IMG/VR virus record: IMGVR_UViG_3300030433_001511
Coordinates: 1-30,554 of that record
DNA from: a virus
Taxonomy: Duplodnaviria > Caudoviricetes
Reading direction: 5' to 3' (one strand)
Length of the DNA: 30,554 nucleotides
The notes beneath the pieces are model-generated. The model worked only from the letters and a program-made list of their open reading frames with translations, did not search any database and was not told the DNA's origin. A program made the position numbers and the translations under genes. This document shows positions 9,119 through 19,506 of this stretch, piece after piece (the first letter of the stretch is position 1; the number at the start of each line of letters is the position of its first letter).

Positions 9119-10590
9119 TAACCCACCTCCGTTAGATTGAACTTATATTTCTTACCATTACGTCTATTTATTAAGAATAAATCATTTTCACCTTCTTGAA
9201 TGGTGTATTTACCCCAAGTTCCATCCACATCATTTGCAGAACCTTCATTAGACATTTGAAGGTCAGCAGTATAAATGTTTCGCCAACGAAGTGAAGTGGA
9301 GCCTAAGTCCACAGAGTTGTCTGAACCGGGAGCTAAGGTGTGATAGGAAAGGTTCCCGGTGGTACGAACCCTGAAGCACTGCTGGTTATTGGCCCAAAGC
9401 TCTAGAATACCATCACCGTTTTGACGAATGCCAGTATCACCATCTCCAATTGCAATCGCCTTACCATTAGGAAAACTATTATGTGGAGTAACATTACCAA
9501 TTCCAATATCACCATTGGAAGTTATACGAAATCTTTCTGTTCCACTTGTTCCTGTTGCAATTATAAATATTCCACTATCAATCTTAAATGAAGCGTTAGC
9601 ACTAGTAGATCTATAATTTGCTTTAATTACTGATGTAGTCGAACCAGAGTTATTATATTGAAATTCTAATCCAGTTGCACTAGTACCACTACCACCAATT
9701 TTTATCGTTCCACCAGTACCATTTCTGACCTGGAAATCAGTTTCTGGAGTGCATCCTACACCCATCTTACCATCAGAAATGATACGAACTCTTTCATTAG
9801 ATGCAGTTACAAACGCAAGAGTGTCATCCGCTGGTTTGTGAATACCAGCACCAATCGTTGGAGTGGAACTTGCACCAGCAAGTAGGAATGCGTTACTTGA
9901 ACCATTAGTTTCAACAGCACCATAGAATGTTGACTTACCAGCAGAATCTATACGAACTCTTTCTGATCCGGCAGTTTTAAATCTCATGTAATCGCCATTA
10001 TGCGAATACTGAATTTCACCCCTGTCTGCAGTATCATCCTCAAATAGAATTGTACCAGCAGCAGTGGTTCCACTACGAATAGTAATACCAGCGTTTGCTG
10101 AGTCTGCAATCGTTAATTGCTCGCCAGCCGTAGGACCAACAGACGTTGTGCCCAACATCATGCGACCACTAGAATCTATGCGAAGTACTTCTGTACCCTC
10201 AGTTGTGACTTTTATATGTCCATCTGAACCAGTATCTATGGTTTCGACTTTTGTATTACCAGTTTCAATCTTTGTGCTATCAACAGATATACCTGTTAAT
10301 TGTGAACCATCACCTCTATAACTTGTTGCTGTGATGACTCCAGCATTACCTAATTTTATATTACTTCCTACATCTAACTGACCACCACTGACATTCACAC
10401 CTGCTCTAGCAGTTATAACACCAACTGAATCAATATTGGTTACGTCTTGATATGTTAATGTACCACCGATGGATACATCTCCTGTAAAGTTAGCGGAAAC
10501 CGCAGTTACGATACCCGTAGAGTTGATATTGTGAGTATCATAATTTTCGTTTGCCTTAATGACTCCACGAGTAATCTTTGTAAGTGCCAT
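9118..10590 (-). CDS. Tail fibre protein
   Basis: 490 aa; MALTK start; TLTYQDVTNIDSVG module; four E.(L/V/F)RI repeats; C-terminal DLGSTSLRWRNIY...TIQEGENDLFLIN domain. Confidence 0.75.
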   Translation of the reverse strand: MALTKITRGVIKANENYDTHNINSTGIVTAVSANFTGDVSIGGTLTYQDVTNIDSVGVITARAGVNVSGGQLDVGSNIKLGNAGVITATSYRGDGSQLTGISVDSTKIETGNTKVETIDTGSDGHIKVTTEGTEVLRIDSSGRMMLGTTSVGPTAGEQLTIADSANAGITIRSGTTAAGTILFEDDTADRGEIQYSHNGDYMRFKTAGSERVRIDSAGKSTFYGAVETNGSSNAFLLAGASSTPTIGAGIHKPADDTLAFVTASNERVRIISDGKMGVGCTPETDFQVRNGTGGTIKIGGSGTSATGLEFQYNNSGSTTSVIKANYRSTSANASFKIDSGIFIIATGTSGTERFRITSNGDIGIGNVTPHNSFPNGKAIAIGDGDTGIRQNGDGILELWANNQQCFRVRTTGNLSYHTLAPGSDNSVDLGSTSLRWRNIYTADLQMSNEGSANDVDGTWGKYTIQEGENDLFLINRRNGKKYKFNLTEVG

Positions 10591-10612
10591 TATCTGCTTT
10601 TATTAGTATTTA

Positions 10613-12361
10613 TCAACCTTCAAGGGAAGTGACTCTTGCTTCAAGAGTTTCAATCTTAGCGATTGCTTCTTTAAGTGCTGCAGCTAAGAGAGGAGTAATT
10701 CTTCCATAATCAGCAGCTTGTGGTTTAATGGAACCGTCTTCTCTTACAGCATCTTTTTCACCATCAACTGCATCAGGACATACTTCACCCAATTCATGTG
10801 CAATCCACCCATCTACAGTTCCTAGTGATGGATTGTTTCTCCAAGTATGCCTAACAGGATTTAATTGCTTGACACGAGTTATACCATCTGTTATTGAAAC
10901 AATATTATCTTTGAGTCTATAGTCAGAACTTGTATGATAAGTTACGTTGCTTTGATTGTCTTTAATTCTTCCAGTTTCCTGATTACCGTTTGAGTAATTA
11001 GAGAAATATATGTGGTCTCCTGAACTACCGCCAGCACTTGAAATATATGCATAATTTGCAGTGGTGCCTTTAACGTTCATTCCATTTCTACCAGAGGAAG
11101 ACGCATCTATATTAAAGAATCCTCCATGTGGACCTTGACTTGTTGTGGCATAGTAGAACTTTCCATCACTCCCTATCCTCATTCTTTCTGTCAATCCTGA
11201 GTTTGGACTACCATTTGCGCTTTTAGATGCAAAGACTAAATCACCACCCCAACCCGATTTGCCTTGTGCAAATACTGATCCAAGAATTGCTTCTTGACCA
11301 TTAGTTTGCCTAATAATATAGCGAGTGTGCCGTGTATCCTCGTTTGGCATACTTGCAACACCTTCACGGCGAATCTGCAAATGACCATCTGAGTCGATAC
11401 GAGCTCTTTCTGAACCATTAGTTTTAAATCTCATGTAGTCGCCATTATGATAATATGAGATGTCACCAGCTGCGCCACCAGAATCCTTAAACTCAAGATA
11501 GTTTGTTCCTGTTGTACCTGTAGTTCTAGACTGTAAGAAAGTATCTCCACTACTTGTTATTGAGATACCATCTCCACCATGAACATCAAGTTGTGAATTT
11601 GCAGTTACATCACCAATAGCAACTCTACCATTAGAAAGTATACGAAGTCTTTCTGTAGTATTAATTAAGAATGTAATAGGATGATTGCTTCTTCCATGAA
11701 TTTGATTTTCAGATGCCTTTGCTTCGAATCTTAAATGTCCAGCAGAGTTAGATTCATCGCCAAGTGAGAAGACCGCAGAACTAGAAGAATAAGATAATCT
11801 TGCTCTTTGTGTTCCATCAATTTTGAATTTAATCTCTGATCCTCTTATTCTTAGAGGAACATTAGCAGACCCAGCATCATTATACGCCTCTATTGATGCC
11901 TCTGAACTATCGGCAGATAAAGCTATATTGGCATTTGTTGCTGTTTTTACTTGGAACTGTGAGAGTGGAGTGCAATTGACACCAACCAGACCACCAGAAG
12001 TTATACGAAGTCTTTCTGTTCCGGCAGTATCAACAGCAAAAGTGTTATCGGCAGGGAACCGCATTGCAGTATCGGTGTCCCCGGTATGAATAATCTTATC
12101 GGCAATATCTACGTTGCCACTAAACGTTCCTGTGGCACCACTGATGTTTCCAGTTACATTACCAGTGATGTCACCATTAAAAGCATTATTAACAAATAAA
12201 TTATTAGCAGTTATAACACCAACATTCAATACGGCAGTGTTTGCCGCACTAACAACAATAGAAGGATTCGTGGTTCCGATTCCGATATTGCCGATATGAT
12301 CCTGCGAAACACCACCGGTCCCAGATTGATGTAACCACTGATTAAAACGGATATCAGACAT
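10613..12361 (-). CDS. Tail fibre protein with C-terminal peptidase S74-like chaperone domain
   Basis: 582 aa; ERLRI repeats; TSSDYRLKDNI...GWIAHEL...DYGRITPLL plus coiled coil. Confidence 0.85.
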   Translation of the reverse strand: MSDIRFNQWLHQSGTGGVSQDHIGNIGIGTTNPSIVVSAANTAVLNVGVITANNLFVNNAFNGDITGNVTGNISGATGTFSGNVDIADKIIHTGDTDTAMRFPADNTFAVDTAGTERLRITSGGLVGVNCTPLSQFQVKTATNANIALSADSSEASIEAYNDAGSANVPLRIRGSEIKFKIDGTQRARLSYSSSSAVFSLGDESNSAGHLRFEAKASENQIHGRSNHPITFLINTTERLRILSNGRVAIGDVTANSQLDVHGGDGISITSSGDTFLQSRTTGTTGTNYLEFKDSGGAAGDISYYHNGDYMRFKTNGSERARIDSDGHLQIRREGVASMPNEDTRHTRYIIRQTNGQEAILGSVFAQGKSGWGGDLVFASKSANGSPNSGLTERMRIGSDGKFYYATTSQGPHGGFFNIDASSSGRNGMNVKGTTANYAYISSAGGSSGDHIYFSNYSNGNQETGRIKDNQSNVTYHTSSDYRLKDNIVSITDGITRVKQLNPVRHTWRNNPSLGTVDGWIAHELGEVCPDAVDGEKDAVREDGSIKPQAADYGRITPLLAAALKEAIAKIETLEARVTSLEG

Positions 12362-12385
12362 TATCTACTTTTTATTTGTATTTAT
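12359..12385 (-). promoter_or_regulatory. T4-like late promoter plus leader cassette
   Basis: Identical 27-mer to 1883-1909. Confidence 0.75.
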
Positions 12386-12389
12386 GAAA

Positions 12390-12872
12390 TTATCCAGAGA
12401 CTTCCATAACTGTTAAAGTCCACCTACAATTGGCGTGAGTTATGTAAGCAGTTGCAGATCCATTATGAGACCTACCATATATTGTATATGTTACAGCACT
12501 TGTTGTATTCGGAGCGTCAAAGACACTAAATGTACCTTGTGCTGTCACAGTTTCAGAAGCACTATAATTTCCAACCATAGATAACCCATAAGTTGCATGA
12601 CCTATATTAGTAGTATCATTACGATAAATTGTTGTATATGAACTTCCTGCTTGAGTATTTGGTTGTTGAGATGGAGAACTCCAACATATGAAAAATTTAC
12701 TATCGCTCCTGGTTGGTGTGATAGTAACATCAATACCCATATCCACAAAACCAGTGGAAGTTGTGGTTTTTGCGTCAGTTCCTGTGACATGTTTCATCTG
12801 AACAATGCCACCACTCGCACCAGCAGGTAGTCCGTCTCTTGGGACGATTCTATTTGTTCTTAATTCTGACAT
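12390..12872 (-). CDS. Short fibre tip / receptor-binding-like protein
   Basis: 160 aa; MSELRTNRIVP...GGIVQ...ITPTRSDSK...D.PNTTSAVTY...LTVMEVSG. Confidence 0.65.
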   Translation of the reverse strand: MSELRTNRIVPRDGLPAGASGGIVQMKHVTGTDAKTTTSTGFVDMGIDVTITPTRSDSKFFICWSSPSQQPNTQAGSSYTTIYRNDTTNIGHATYGLSMVGNYSASETVTAQGTFSVFDAPNTTSAVTYTIYGRSHNGSATAYITHANCRWTLTVMEVSG

Positions 12873-13396
12873 TATGCTGATACCTCATATAAAAACATTC
12901 GTGCTGCCTGATACCCATTATTGGCTGGAAATTCCACAGTACCAGAACCACTCTGCATTCTAATATAAACTTTATACTCTACGGATTGTGTAGTATTCGG
13001 ACTATCCAAATATGGCATTGCTACTGGAACATGAATCCTTGAATTCGCACCATAAACCATAGCGAATCCATAATTTTGATCTGCAGAGTTGGAGTCATTA
13101 AATCCATTTGGTGCTAGATTTGTGAAAGTACCACCACCAATACTTCTATAATAAGTCATGTACAAATAATTAGCAGTGCCATTATTATTTGCATCTCCAC
13201 CCAAAGTAATGTAAATTTTACTACTTGAATATCTAGGAGTGATTGTTGCAGATAAATTTGTAGCTTGGAATGTATTACTTCCTGTTGCAATCCTAGATGT
13301 GGTACTTGCTTGAACTATTTGAATAATACCTCCCCCACCACCAGTAGGAACACCAGCCGTTGGAATTATTTTATCTACTCTTAATTCAGATGCCAT
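12872..13396 (-). CDS. Short fibre tip / receptor-binding-like protein, paralog of 12390-12872
   Basis: 174 aa; MASELRVDKIIP...GGIIQ...ITPRYSSSKI...LDSPNTTQSVEY...YEVSA. Confidence 0.65.
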   Translation of the reverse strand: MASELRVDKIIPTAGVPTGGGGGIIQIVQASTTSRIATGSNTFQATNLSATITPRYSSSKIYITLGGDANNNGTANYLYMTYYRSIGGGTFTNLAPNGFNDSNSADQNYGFAMVYGANSRIHVPVAMPYLDSPNTTQSVEYKVYIRMQSGSGTVEFPANNGYQAARMFLYEVSA

Positions 13397-13399
13397 TTA

Positions 13400-13765
13400 T
13401 CAGGAAGGTTCAGTGGGCCAAGTAACAGAAGTCAGATCTAAATCGTAATTAGAATCAAGGGTTGGAGTTGCGGATGCAGGAAGATCTCTTAGTGCCTGGC
13501 GATAGGTTGACCACGCAGAAGAAAGTGTAAGATCAGAACTTGCTCTCCAATCAGTCTTTGCGATTCTAGCATCTCTCTCAACACGCAGAAGTCTCATTGC
13601 TTCTGCACCATCAAGTTCAGCGATCTTTGCTGTTAGTGCTGCTTCGGTTGGTTTATCGTGACCATTTCCTCTAATCCACTCCAAACCAGAATACTCACTG
13701 CCACGAAGCACCCATTCTGCTCCTGGTGTAAGTGCTTGTAATGCTGCTGGAATATCGTATTTCAT
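13400..13765 (-). CDS. Phage tail (fibre) assembly chaperone-like protein
   Basis: 121 aa; LRVERDARIAKTDW...WSTYRQALRDLP...WPTEP motif typical of tail assembly chaperones. Confidence 0.75.
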   Translation of the reverse strand: MKYDIPAALQALTPGAEWVLRGSEYSGLEWIRGNGHDKPTEAALTAKIAELDGAEAMRLLRVERDARIAKTDWRASSDLTLSSAWSTYRQALRDLPASATPTLDSNYDLDLTSVTWPTEPS

Positions 13766-13794
13766 AGTAATGAACGTTTTAGTTTTATTTATGC

Positions 13795-14319
13795 TTACTG
13801 AGCGACTTCATATACTTCAACAATTCGATCATCGTTAGCTGACCAATTGAGAGTAAGAGTGCCTCCATTCGCAACTACTACTTGAAACTGAAGTCTCATA
13901 GCATTGGTTGTTCCAGCAACCTTTGTATGTTTAAGAACAACTTCAAGCCATTGTGAAGGACTATGTGGAGCATAGTAATGGCTGGCACCCATAAACATGT
14001 TAGAGCTCCATTTTGTGTCTGAATTATTGGCATCTACAATTTGATATCTACAATACCCAGAATTAGCACTATGACCTGCTGTGAAATTGGTAGAAACTAC
14101 TAAAAGATTATTAGCATTTTTAGGTGTTATATCAACATAAAAATCATTCAAATCAGTCATAGAAGTACTAGAAGTAGTAAAAGTAGTGTTAGTTCCCTTT
14201 CTATATTGATATTGAATAATAGTTCCAGGAGGAGCATCAGACCAACTAGCAGCACTGTTTCCAAATGCAGTTCCAGAACTAGAAAGTTTTACCCCTGTCC
14301 CTAAATTAAGAGTTCCCAT
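13795..14319 (-). CDS. Short fibre tip / receptor-binding-like protein
   Basis: 174 aa; PPGTIIQ...VDITPKNANN...YEVAQ, same family as 12390/12872. Confidence 0.6.
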   Translation of the reverse strand: MGTLNLGTGVKLSSSGTAFGNSAASWSDAPPGTIIQYQYRKGTNTTFTTSSTSMTDLNDFYVDITPKNANNLLVVSTNFTAGHSANSGYCRYQIVDANNSDTKWSSNMFMGASHYYAPHSPSQWLEVVLKHTKVAGTTNAMRLQFQVVVANGGTLTLNWSANDDRIVEVYEVAQ

Positions 14320-14328
14320 ATTACCTCC

Positions 14329-15108
14329 TTATACGATTACCCAAGTTCCGTCAAGCGTCATCGTTGAACCAAGAGAAACTGGTCCAGCATTGAGAGCATT
14401 GACTTCTGTTGAAATATAATACCCACCAGTTCTATTTAAGTATTTATTGAACACCAAAGAACCGTCACCAATATACATTCCAACAAAAGAGTTACCGGCA
14501 CCTACAAGTGCGGAGTGTGTAATGCTACTGGTTTGAACACCGACATTGCCACTACCAACGAATGTTGCTGCAGTTACACCGGCAATACCAGTTACGTTTG
14601 TAGAACCATCACCTGCAATATTTCCATTGGCAGTGATATCACCAGCAACAGAAAGTGCAGTTCCATTCAGTAACTGCAGCGAGTCACTCCTCAATCTTGC
14701 TGTTATAGCATTTGAACCAGCTTTCTTATTAGCAAATTCTATAATACCATCTTCACTTCCATCTGATGCGTCTTGTATTTTACCAGTTATCTTAGCATAT
14801 ACTATCTTCTGACCTGCATCATTCTCACCCTGAAACTTTATCTGACCCATATAGTCAGCATCAGCAGCAGAAGCACTGTTCCTATACAAGTCAATTATGG
14901 GTCCTGCACTACTATCAGTACCAGCATCAATCAGGTATAAGTCACCACTTCCTGTAATATTACCACTTACATCAATGTTTGCATTAATATCTAAGTTATT
15001 ACTGAAAGTTGATATGCCGGTGACAACCATACCAGCATTTGGTGTCAGCGCAATATTGGAACTCCCAGAGTCAGGACTTTGTAGATTATGCGTCTTGAGA
15101 GTTGACAT
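14329..15108 (-). CDS. Fibre shaft/adaptor protein
   Basis: 259 aa; MSTLKTHNLQ start; VGAGNSF.G.YI module shared with 22347-23180; ends NALNAGPV...TWVIV. Confidence 0.65.
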   Translation of the reverse strand: MSTLKTHNLQSPDSGSSNIALTPNAGMVVTGISTFSNNLDINANIDVSGNITGSGDLYLIDAGTDSSAGPIIDLYRNSASAADADYMGQIKFQGENDAGQKIVYAKITGKIQDASDGSEDGIIEFANKKAGSNAITARLRSDSLQLLNGTALSVAGDITANGNIAGDGSTNVTGIAGVTAATFVGSGNVGVQTSSITHSALVGAGNSFVGMYIGDGSLVFNKYLNRTGGYYISTEVNALNAGPVSLGSTMTLDGTWVIV

Positions 15109-15125
15109 TATTATCTATTTTTCTA

Positions 15126-18100
15126 CTATTTAGCGTTCGCAGTCTGGAATGGTGATTCAGCAAATGCCATGAAAATGAAAGATGCACCAGAAAGGTTGTG
15201 CCAACTTCCAGTGCTTCTTATTTTAAATCCATTTGAAAGTAGATCAATTTCATCAGATCCGTGAGCATTTTCACTATGATTTGTATTAGCCAATAAGTCT
15301 AGATTAGTTGGATTAGTTGGACCTCTAGAAGAATCCCATATTCTCCAATTTGTACTGCCATTGGAACTAGATTTAACCATGACCCATGCAGGTTTAAATC
15401 CACAATACACAAAAGGTCCTTCAGCTTGACCTGTTCCCTGATAAAAAGAAAATTTACTGTATCCGGGTATTTCTGCCCAACAATAAGCAATATGACCAGA
15501 ACCAGATGCATTTGTTTGACCATCACCAGTTCCTAGAGGAAATGTAGTGGTAGTTGTATTACCACTATTAAAGAAGTTACCAGCAGTTGCTGTAGCATTA
15601 GTAAGATTTAATTGAAGCAAATCGTTCGTATTATCACTTATACCGTCAAAGAAAATTGGCCAGTTTGTAGAAGCATTTCTTCTCTTTACAATAACTACTT
15701 TTGGTCTTTTTCCAAGTCCATGTCCGACAGTTCCAGCACTACCAGTTCCAGTATAAGAAACAACACTAAATCCAGCAGTCTGGTTTACAGAGACTTGAGA
15801 GTTTATTGAACCATCTGTGTTTGCTACTGCGGCACCACCTGCTTTCCAACACCAGGCAACATAAGTATGTCCGCTTTGATTCATTCCATTAGTATTTCCA
15901 CTGGTAAATCCATCACTATCAAATGACATTAATGTGTTTGTTGCATCATCCCCCTCAGCAGCAGTTGAATGTGACTGTAAATATTTACCAGCACCACGAA
16001 CAGAATCGAATAGAAAATGAGATGCATCTGCACTTCTTCGTTTAACCCAAACAAGATCAGGAGCAAATCCAACACCAGGAACACTTCTACCACCTCTACC
16101 ATCACCAGTCCAAAGCACCGTCCTAAAGTGCTCACCAGGATCAGCAATCGCAGGAGTTGGTAAGTTGTCCTCACATAATGCTAAGTAACCCGCTGGTGGT
16201 TGATACTTAAACAGTCCCTTACCATTACTATCTGTGTAGGTTCCTGCTGTTGTAGTTCCTCCAAAAGTGGGGTTCTGTCCAAAGTTATATGTTTGACCAC
16301 TAGAAGTAGAAGAACTATTATTACCTTTTGTAGCAAACCAAGTACTTACCTTAGTCTTGCTGGTAGTAATGTTCGTTATAGAAGCAGTCAAAGTTCCATT
16401 TGTATAGACATAAAATGCCATATTATCTCTATCAAAAGCAAGTCCAACTACATCAGAAGATGATGTGATAGCAGTTGCATTTGTGTTGTCTATTGTCCCT
16501 GAGACGAGATATTCGTAGGCGGTTCCATTGTGATTTCCACCACTACTAATCTCCCCATTAGAACCACGAACTTGAAGCATACACTCAATAGCAGCACCAG
16601 CTCCATTTTGTGTAAATACTTGCTCTCTACCCAATGAAATTCCAAATCTTTCATTTGCAGGATTTTCCCAGTTAGACAATTCCCAATACCACTTCCCACT
16701 ATCCATTCCAAAAGAACTAAATCCAGCCATCTGTGGAGAAAGTCCACCATTACCAGAATTTCTAATATTCAAGTTTCCTTCTGTGAAATTTAAAATAGTT
16801 GCAACATATGCTCCTGTATTCCTCTTTACAGTATATGAGTGAAGAGGATCCATCGTGCAGAAGTTATTCTTACAAGTATCAGAAACCTGTCTCCAACTCT
16901 CAATACCTACGGGTGTATAAGGTTTCGGGACATCAAAACCACCCTTGTATTTTGCTACACCTTTGTATACTCGGAGGTCTTGTATATAACCGTTAATATG
17001 ATTTGATGTTGACCATTTTCCTATCCAGAATGGATCGGCAGGAGTAAATATTGATTGTGTTCCAAGAGTTGTATTTACTCCAACACAAACACCATTAACG
17101 TATCCAACAAGATTTGAACCATTTCTTTCCATACAGAAATGATTCCATTGATTGGTTGGAATTGTTGGTGATGATGCATTTATAGCAATACTATTTGTTC
17201 CATCAACAGATGTGTAAAATCTTGGTAATCTACTAGAATTTTGATAAATTAACCAACTTCTTTGATTATTAGCATTATCCCATATTCCCAATCCAGGTGC
17301 GGCAGCAAAACTATTAGCATACTGCCAATACTCAACAGTAAAATCTCCACTACCAAAGTCAAAATCTGAACTACTTCCTGCATCAAAATAATCACCAGTC
17401 CCATCAAAATGTAATGCACTTCCATAATAACCATTAACGTGAAGTCCACTTGCACCATTAGGATTTCTTACACCAGCGTCACCAGCTGGTGTAAAAGTTT
17501 TATTAGTTCCACTACCCTTAATATCAGCAGAATAGTCTCGTATGGTTGTTGCTTTTACCGAGATATTATCATAAGAGGTGGAACCAGATGGATGTGCATA
17601 TAATATAATTCTTGTTGTGGTTGTATCAGCAGTAAAAGTTCCTTTATATGTTCCAGTGTAGAAAGAATATCCTATAGTGGTATTCAAAGATCCACTATGA
17701 TATGTGCTTCTTACATAAATTTGACCATGTGATCCAGCAATATCAGTGATATCAACGCTTAGTTCATATGTCGTACCAACTACTGTTGTGATATCTTGAT
17801 AGACAACTTCAGCACTACTACCTCTCGTGACTTTTGCCGTTCCATCAGATTGGCGAACAATAGTACCAGTATCAGTAACTGTCCATCCAGATACGTTACT
17901 ATCAAAAGTTCCGTTAGTAATTAATTCAGATCCTGTTGGTTGTGTATTAACACCAGGAACAGCGAGAACTAAGTTAGCAGCATAAGGGTCACTTCTTAAC
18001 TGACTAACGTAATTATCAGAAGTTGTAGGAGCACCATTGCGTGGTTGTGGTAAGTCTTCTCCTTTCAGTTTGATAATACTGTTAGGAGTGCAATGGAAGT

Positions 18101-18830
18101 CGGCACCAAAGTTGGAACTATCATTCATAGGAAGATAGAAACCATTGACGCCAAATCCACCACGCCTTTCAATCTCAGTTTTAATCTTTCTTGGTGAATG
18201 TGGAGACCACTGACCAGGACGGAAGTCAGTTGCTTGTGTAGAACCAACAGAAATATATCCGTCACCGTTCTTATTAAAACCAAATACATCTGGTGTCAGT
18301 GCTTGACCGTCTACGAGGAAGACATCAGAAAATTGACTCTTGGAATATGATGTGGTTAAACTTCCTGCAAATTGATCAACACCAAGATAATGTTCTGTAA
18401 TAGAATTTACATATGTCTCATAATTTGTTGATGGGTTTACATCATATGGCGAACCCATAATGGTAGTATCTAATACTCCATTAATATAAACTTCTACTCT
18501 ATCATCACCTCTTGGTTTGGTGCTATCAAAAACAAACATTGCATGAAACCAATTTCCACTATCTCTTCTTTCATTATCACCATACTTTACCCAATTAAAG
18601 GCATTGGCATTATAGTCGTAAAAATTCCAACCATTATTACTACCACTACTATTATCCTTTCTAAATCTTATATCAGTTCCATGACTATTACTGGCAGTAT
18701 TTGCAGCATTAAAGATAACATCTGCGCCAGCATCATCAAAAACAGCATTTCTCTTTAACCATAATGCTAAAGTCCATACCTTACGATTACCAGTGCTTGT
18801 AGGAGTTCTCTTTAAATATTCGCTCGCCAT
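15126..18830 (-). CDS. Large multi-lectin virion protein (two LamG/ConA-like domains, CBM-like insert, SPRY-like domain)
   Basis: 1234 aa; WTLALWLKR...WFHAMFVFD...VYINGV; GDFTVEYW...QWNHF...YVNGV...GYIQDLRVYKG; ELITNGTFDSNVSGW; SGKWYWE...VVGLAFD; GFAPDLVWVKRR C-terminal region. Confidence 0.75.
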   Translation of the reverse strand: MASEYLKRTPTSTGNRKVWTLALWLKRNAVFDDAGADVIFNAANTASNSHGTDIRFRKDNSSGSNNGWNFYDYNANAFNWVKYGDNERRDSGNWFHAMFVFDSTKPRGDDRVEVYINGVLDTTIMGSPYDVNPSTNYETYVNSITEHYLGVDQFAGSLTTSYSKSQFSDVFLVDGQALTPDVFGFNKNGDGYISVGSTQATDFRPGQWSPHSPRKIKTEIERRGGFGVNGFYLPMNDSSNFGADFHCTPNSIIKLKGEDLPQPRNGAPTTSDNYVSQLRSDPYAANLVLAVPGVNTQPTGSELITNGTFDSNVSGWTVTDTGTIVRQSDGTAKVTRGSSAEVVYQDITTVVGTTYELSVDITDIAGSHGQIYVRSTYHSGSLNTTIGYSFYTGTYKGTFTADTTTTRIILYAHPSGSTSYDNISVKATTIRDYSADIKGSGTNKTFTPAGDAGVRNPNGASGLHVNGYYGSALHFDGTGDYFDAGSSSDFDFGSGDFTVEYWQYANSFAAAPGLGIWDNANNQRSWLIYQNSSRLPRFYTSVDGTNSIAINASSPTIPTNQWNHFCMERNGSNLVGYVNGVCVGVNTTLGTQSIFTPADPFWIGKWSTSNHINGYIQDLRVYKGVAKYKGGFDVPKPYTPVGIESWRQVSDTCKNNFCTMDPLHSYTVKRNTGAYVATILNFTEGNLNIRNSGNGGLSPQMAGFSSFGMDSGKWYWELSNWENPANERFGISLGREQVFTQNGAGAAIECMLQVRGSNGEISSGGNHNGTAYEYLVSGTIDNTNATAITSSSDVVGLAFDRDNMAFYVYTNGTLTASITNITTSKTKVSTWFATKGNNSSSTSSGQTYNFGQNPTFGGTTTAGTYTDSNGKGLFKYQPPAGYLALCEDNLPTPAIADPGEHFRTVLWTGDGRGGRSVPGVGFAPDLVWVKRRSADASHFLFDSVRGAGKYLQSHSTAAEGDDATNTLMSFDSDGFTSGNTNGMNQSGHTYVAWCWKAGGAAVANTDGSINSQVSVNQTAGFSVVSYTGTGSAGTVGHGLGKRPKVVIVKRRNASTNWPIFFDGISDNTNDLLQLNLTNATATAGNFFNSGNTTTTTFPLGTGDGQTNASGSGHIAYCWAEIPGYSKFSFYQGTGQAEGPFVYCGFKPAWVMVKSSSNGSTNWRIWDSSRGPTNPTNLDLLANTNHSENAHGSDEIDLLSNGFKIRSTGSWHNLSGASFIFMAFAESPFQTANAK

Positions 18831-18840
18831 ATGTCTTACC

Positions 18841-19497
18841 TCAACCTAAAATAACTGAACCAGTGGGGAAATAATCCGTGATTATCTCTACCCATGATGT
18901 CCCATCAAAATACTCTAAGGCATTATTGGTGGTGTTCTTCCTTATGTATGGTGCCGAACCAGAAGGTCTTTGTGCTGTGGTGCCTTGTGGTAGTGCTACA
19001 GCACCTGTTTTTGTAGAAGCATCAAGATCTGTTTTTGGTGCTGTTGATGAGATACCAACCGAACCAATTCCCGTTATACGAAGTCTTTCAGAACTATCAG
19101 TTTCTACAGTAAATGTATCCGCAGCAGGGAATCTTATAGCAGTATTGGTATCACCAGTGTGTATGATTTTATCTGCAATCGATACATCACTTCTAGCAGT
19201 TATAATACCAACCGAATCAATGTTAGTTACGTCCTGATATGTTAAAGTTCCTGCAATACTTACAGTGGTGGCAGAAAGAGTAGTGGCAGAAATAGTGCCA
19301 GCATTTAACTGTCCAGTGAACGTAGATACACCAAGAACATTTAAACTAGTAACTCCAACACCAAGAAATGTTGTTACTCCTGCAATATTAGCATCGAAGT
19401 TTATATTATCAGCAAACGTCGTAATGCCACTAAACGTAGCATTATAAAAGGTTGATACACCTGTAATAGAACCCGATCCTTCAATAGATACTGACAT
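18841..19497 (-). CDS. Fibre shaft/adaptor protein
   Basis: 218 aa; TLTYQDVTNID and IADKIIHTGDT modules; one ERLRI; GTTAQRP...NTT...LEYFDGTSW motif. Confidence 0.65.
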   Translation of the reverse strand: MSVSIEGSGSITGVSTFYNATFSGITTFADNINFDANIAGVTTFLGVGVTSLNVLGVSTFTGQLNAGTISATTLSATTVSIAGTLTYQDVTNIDSVGIITARSDVSIADKIIHTGDTNTAIRFPAADTFTVETDSSERLRITGIGSVGISSTAPKTDLDASTKTGAVALPQGTTAQRPSGSAPYIRKNTTNNALEYFDGTSWVEIITDYFPTGSVILG

Positions 19498-19506
19498 ACT
19501 TTCTCC

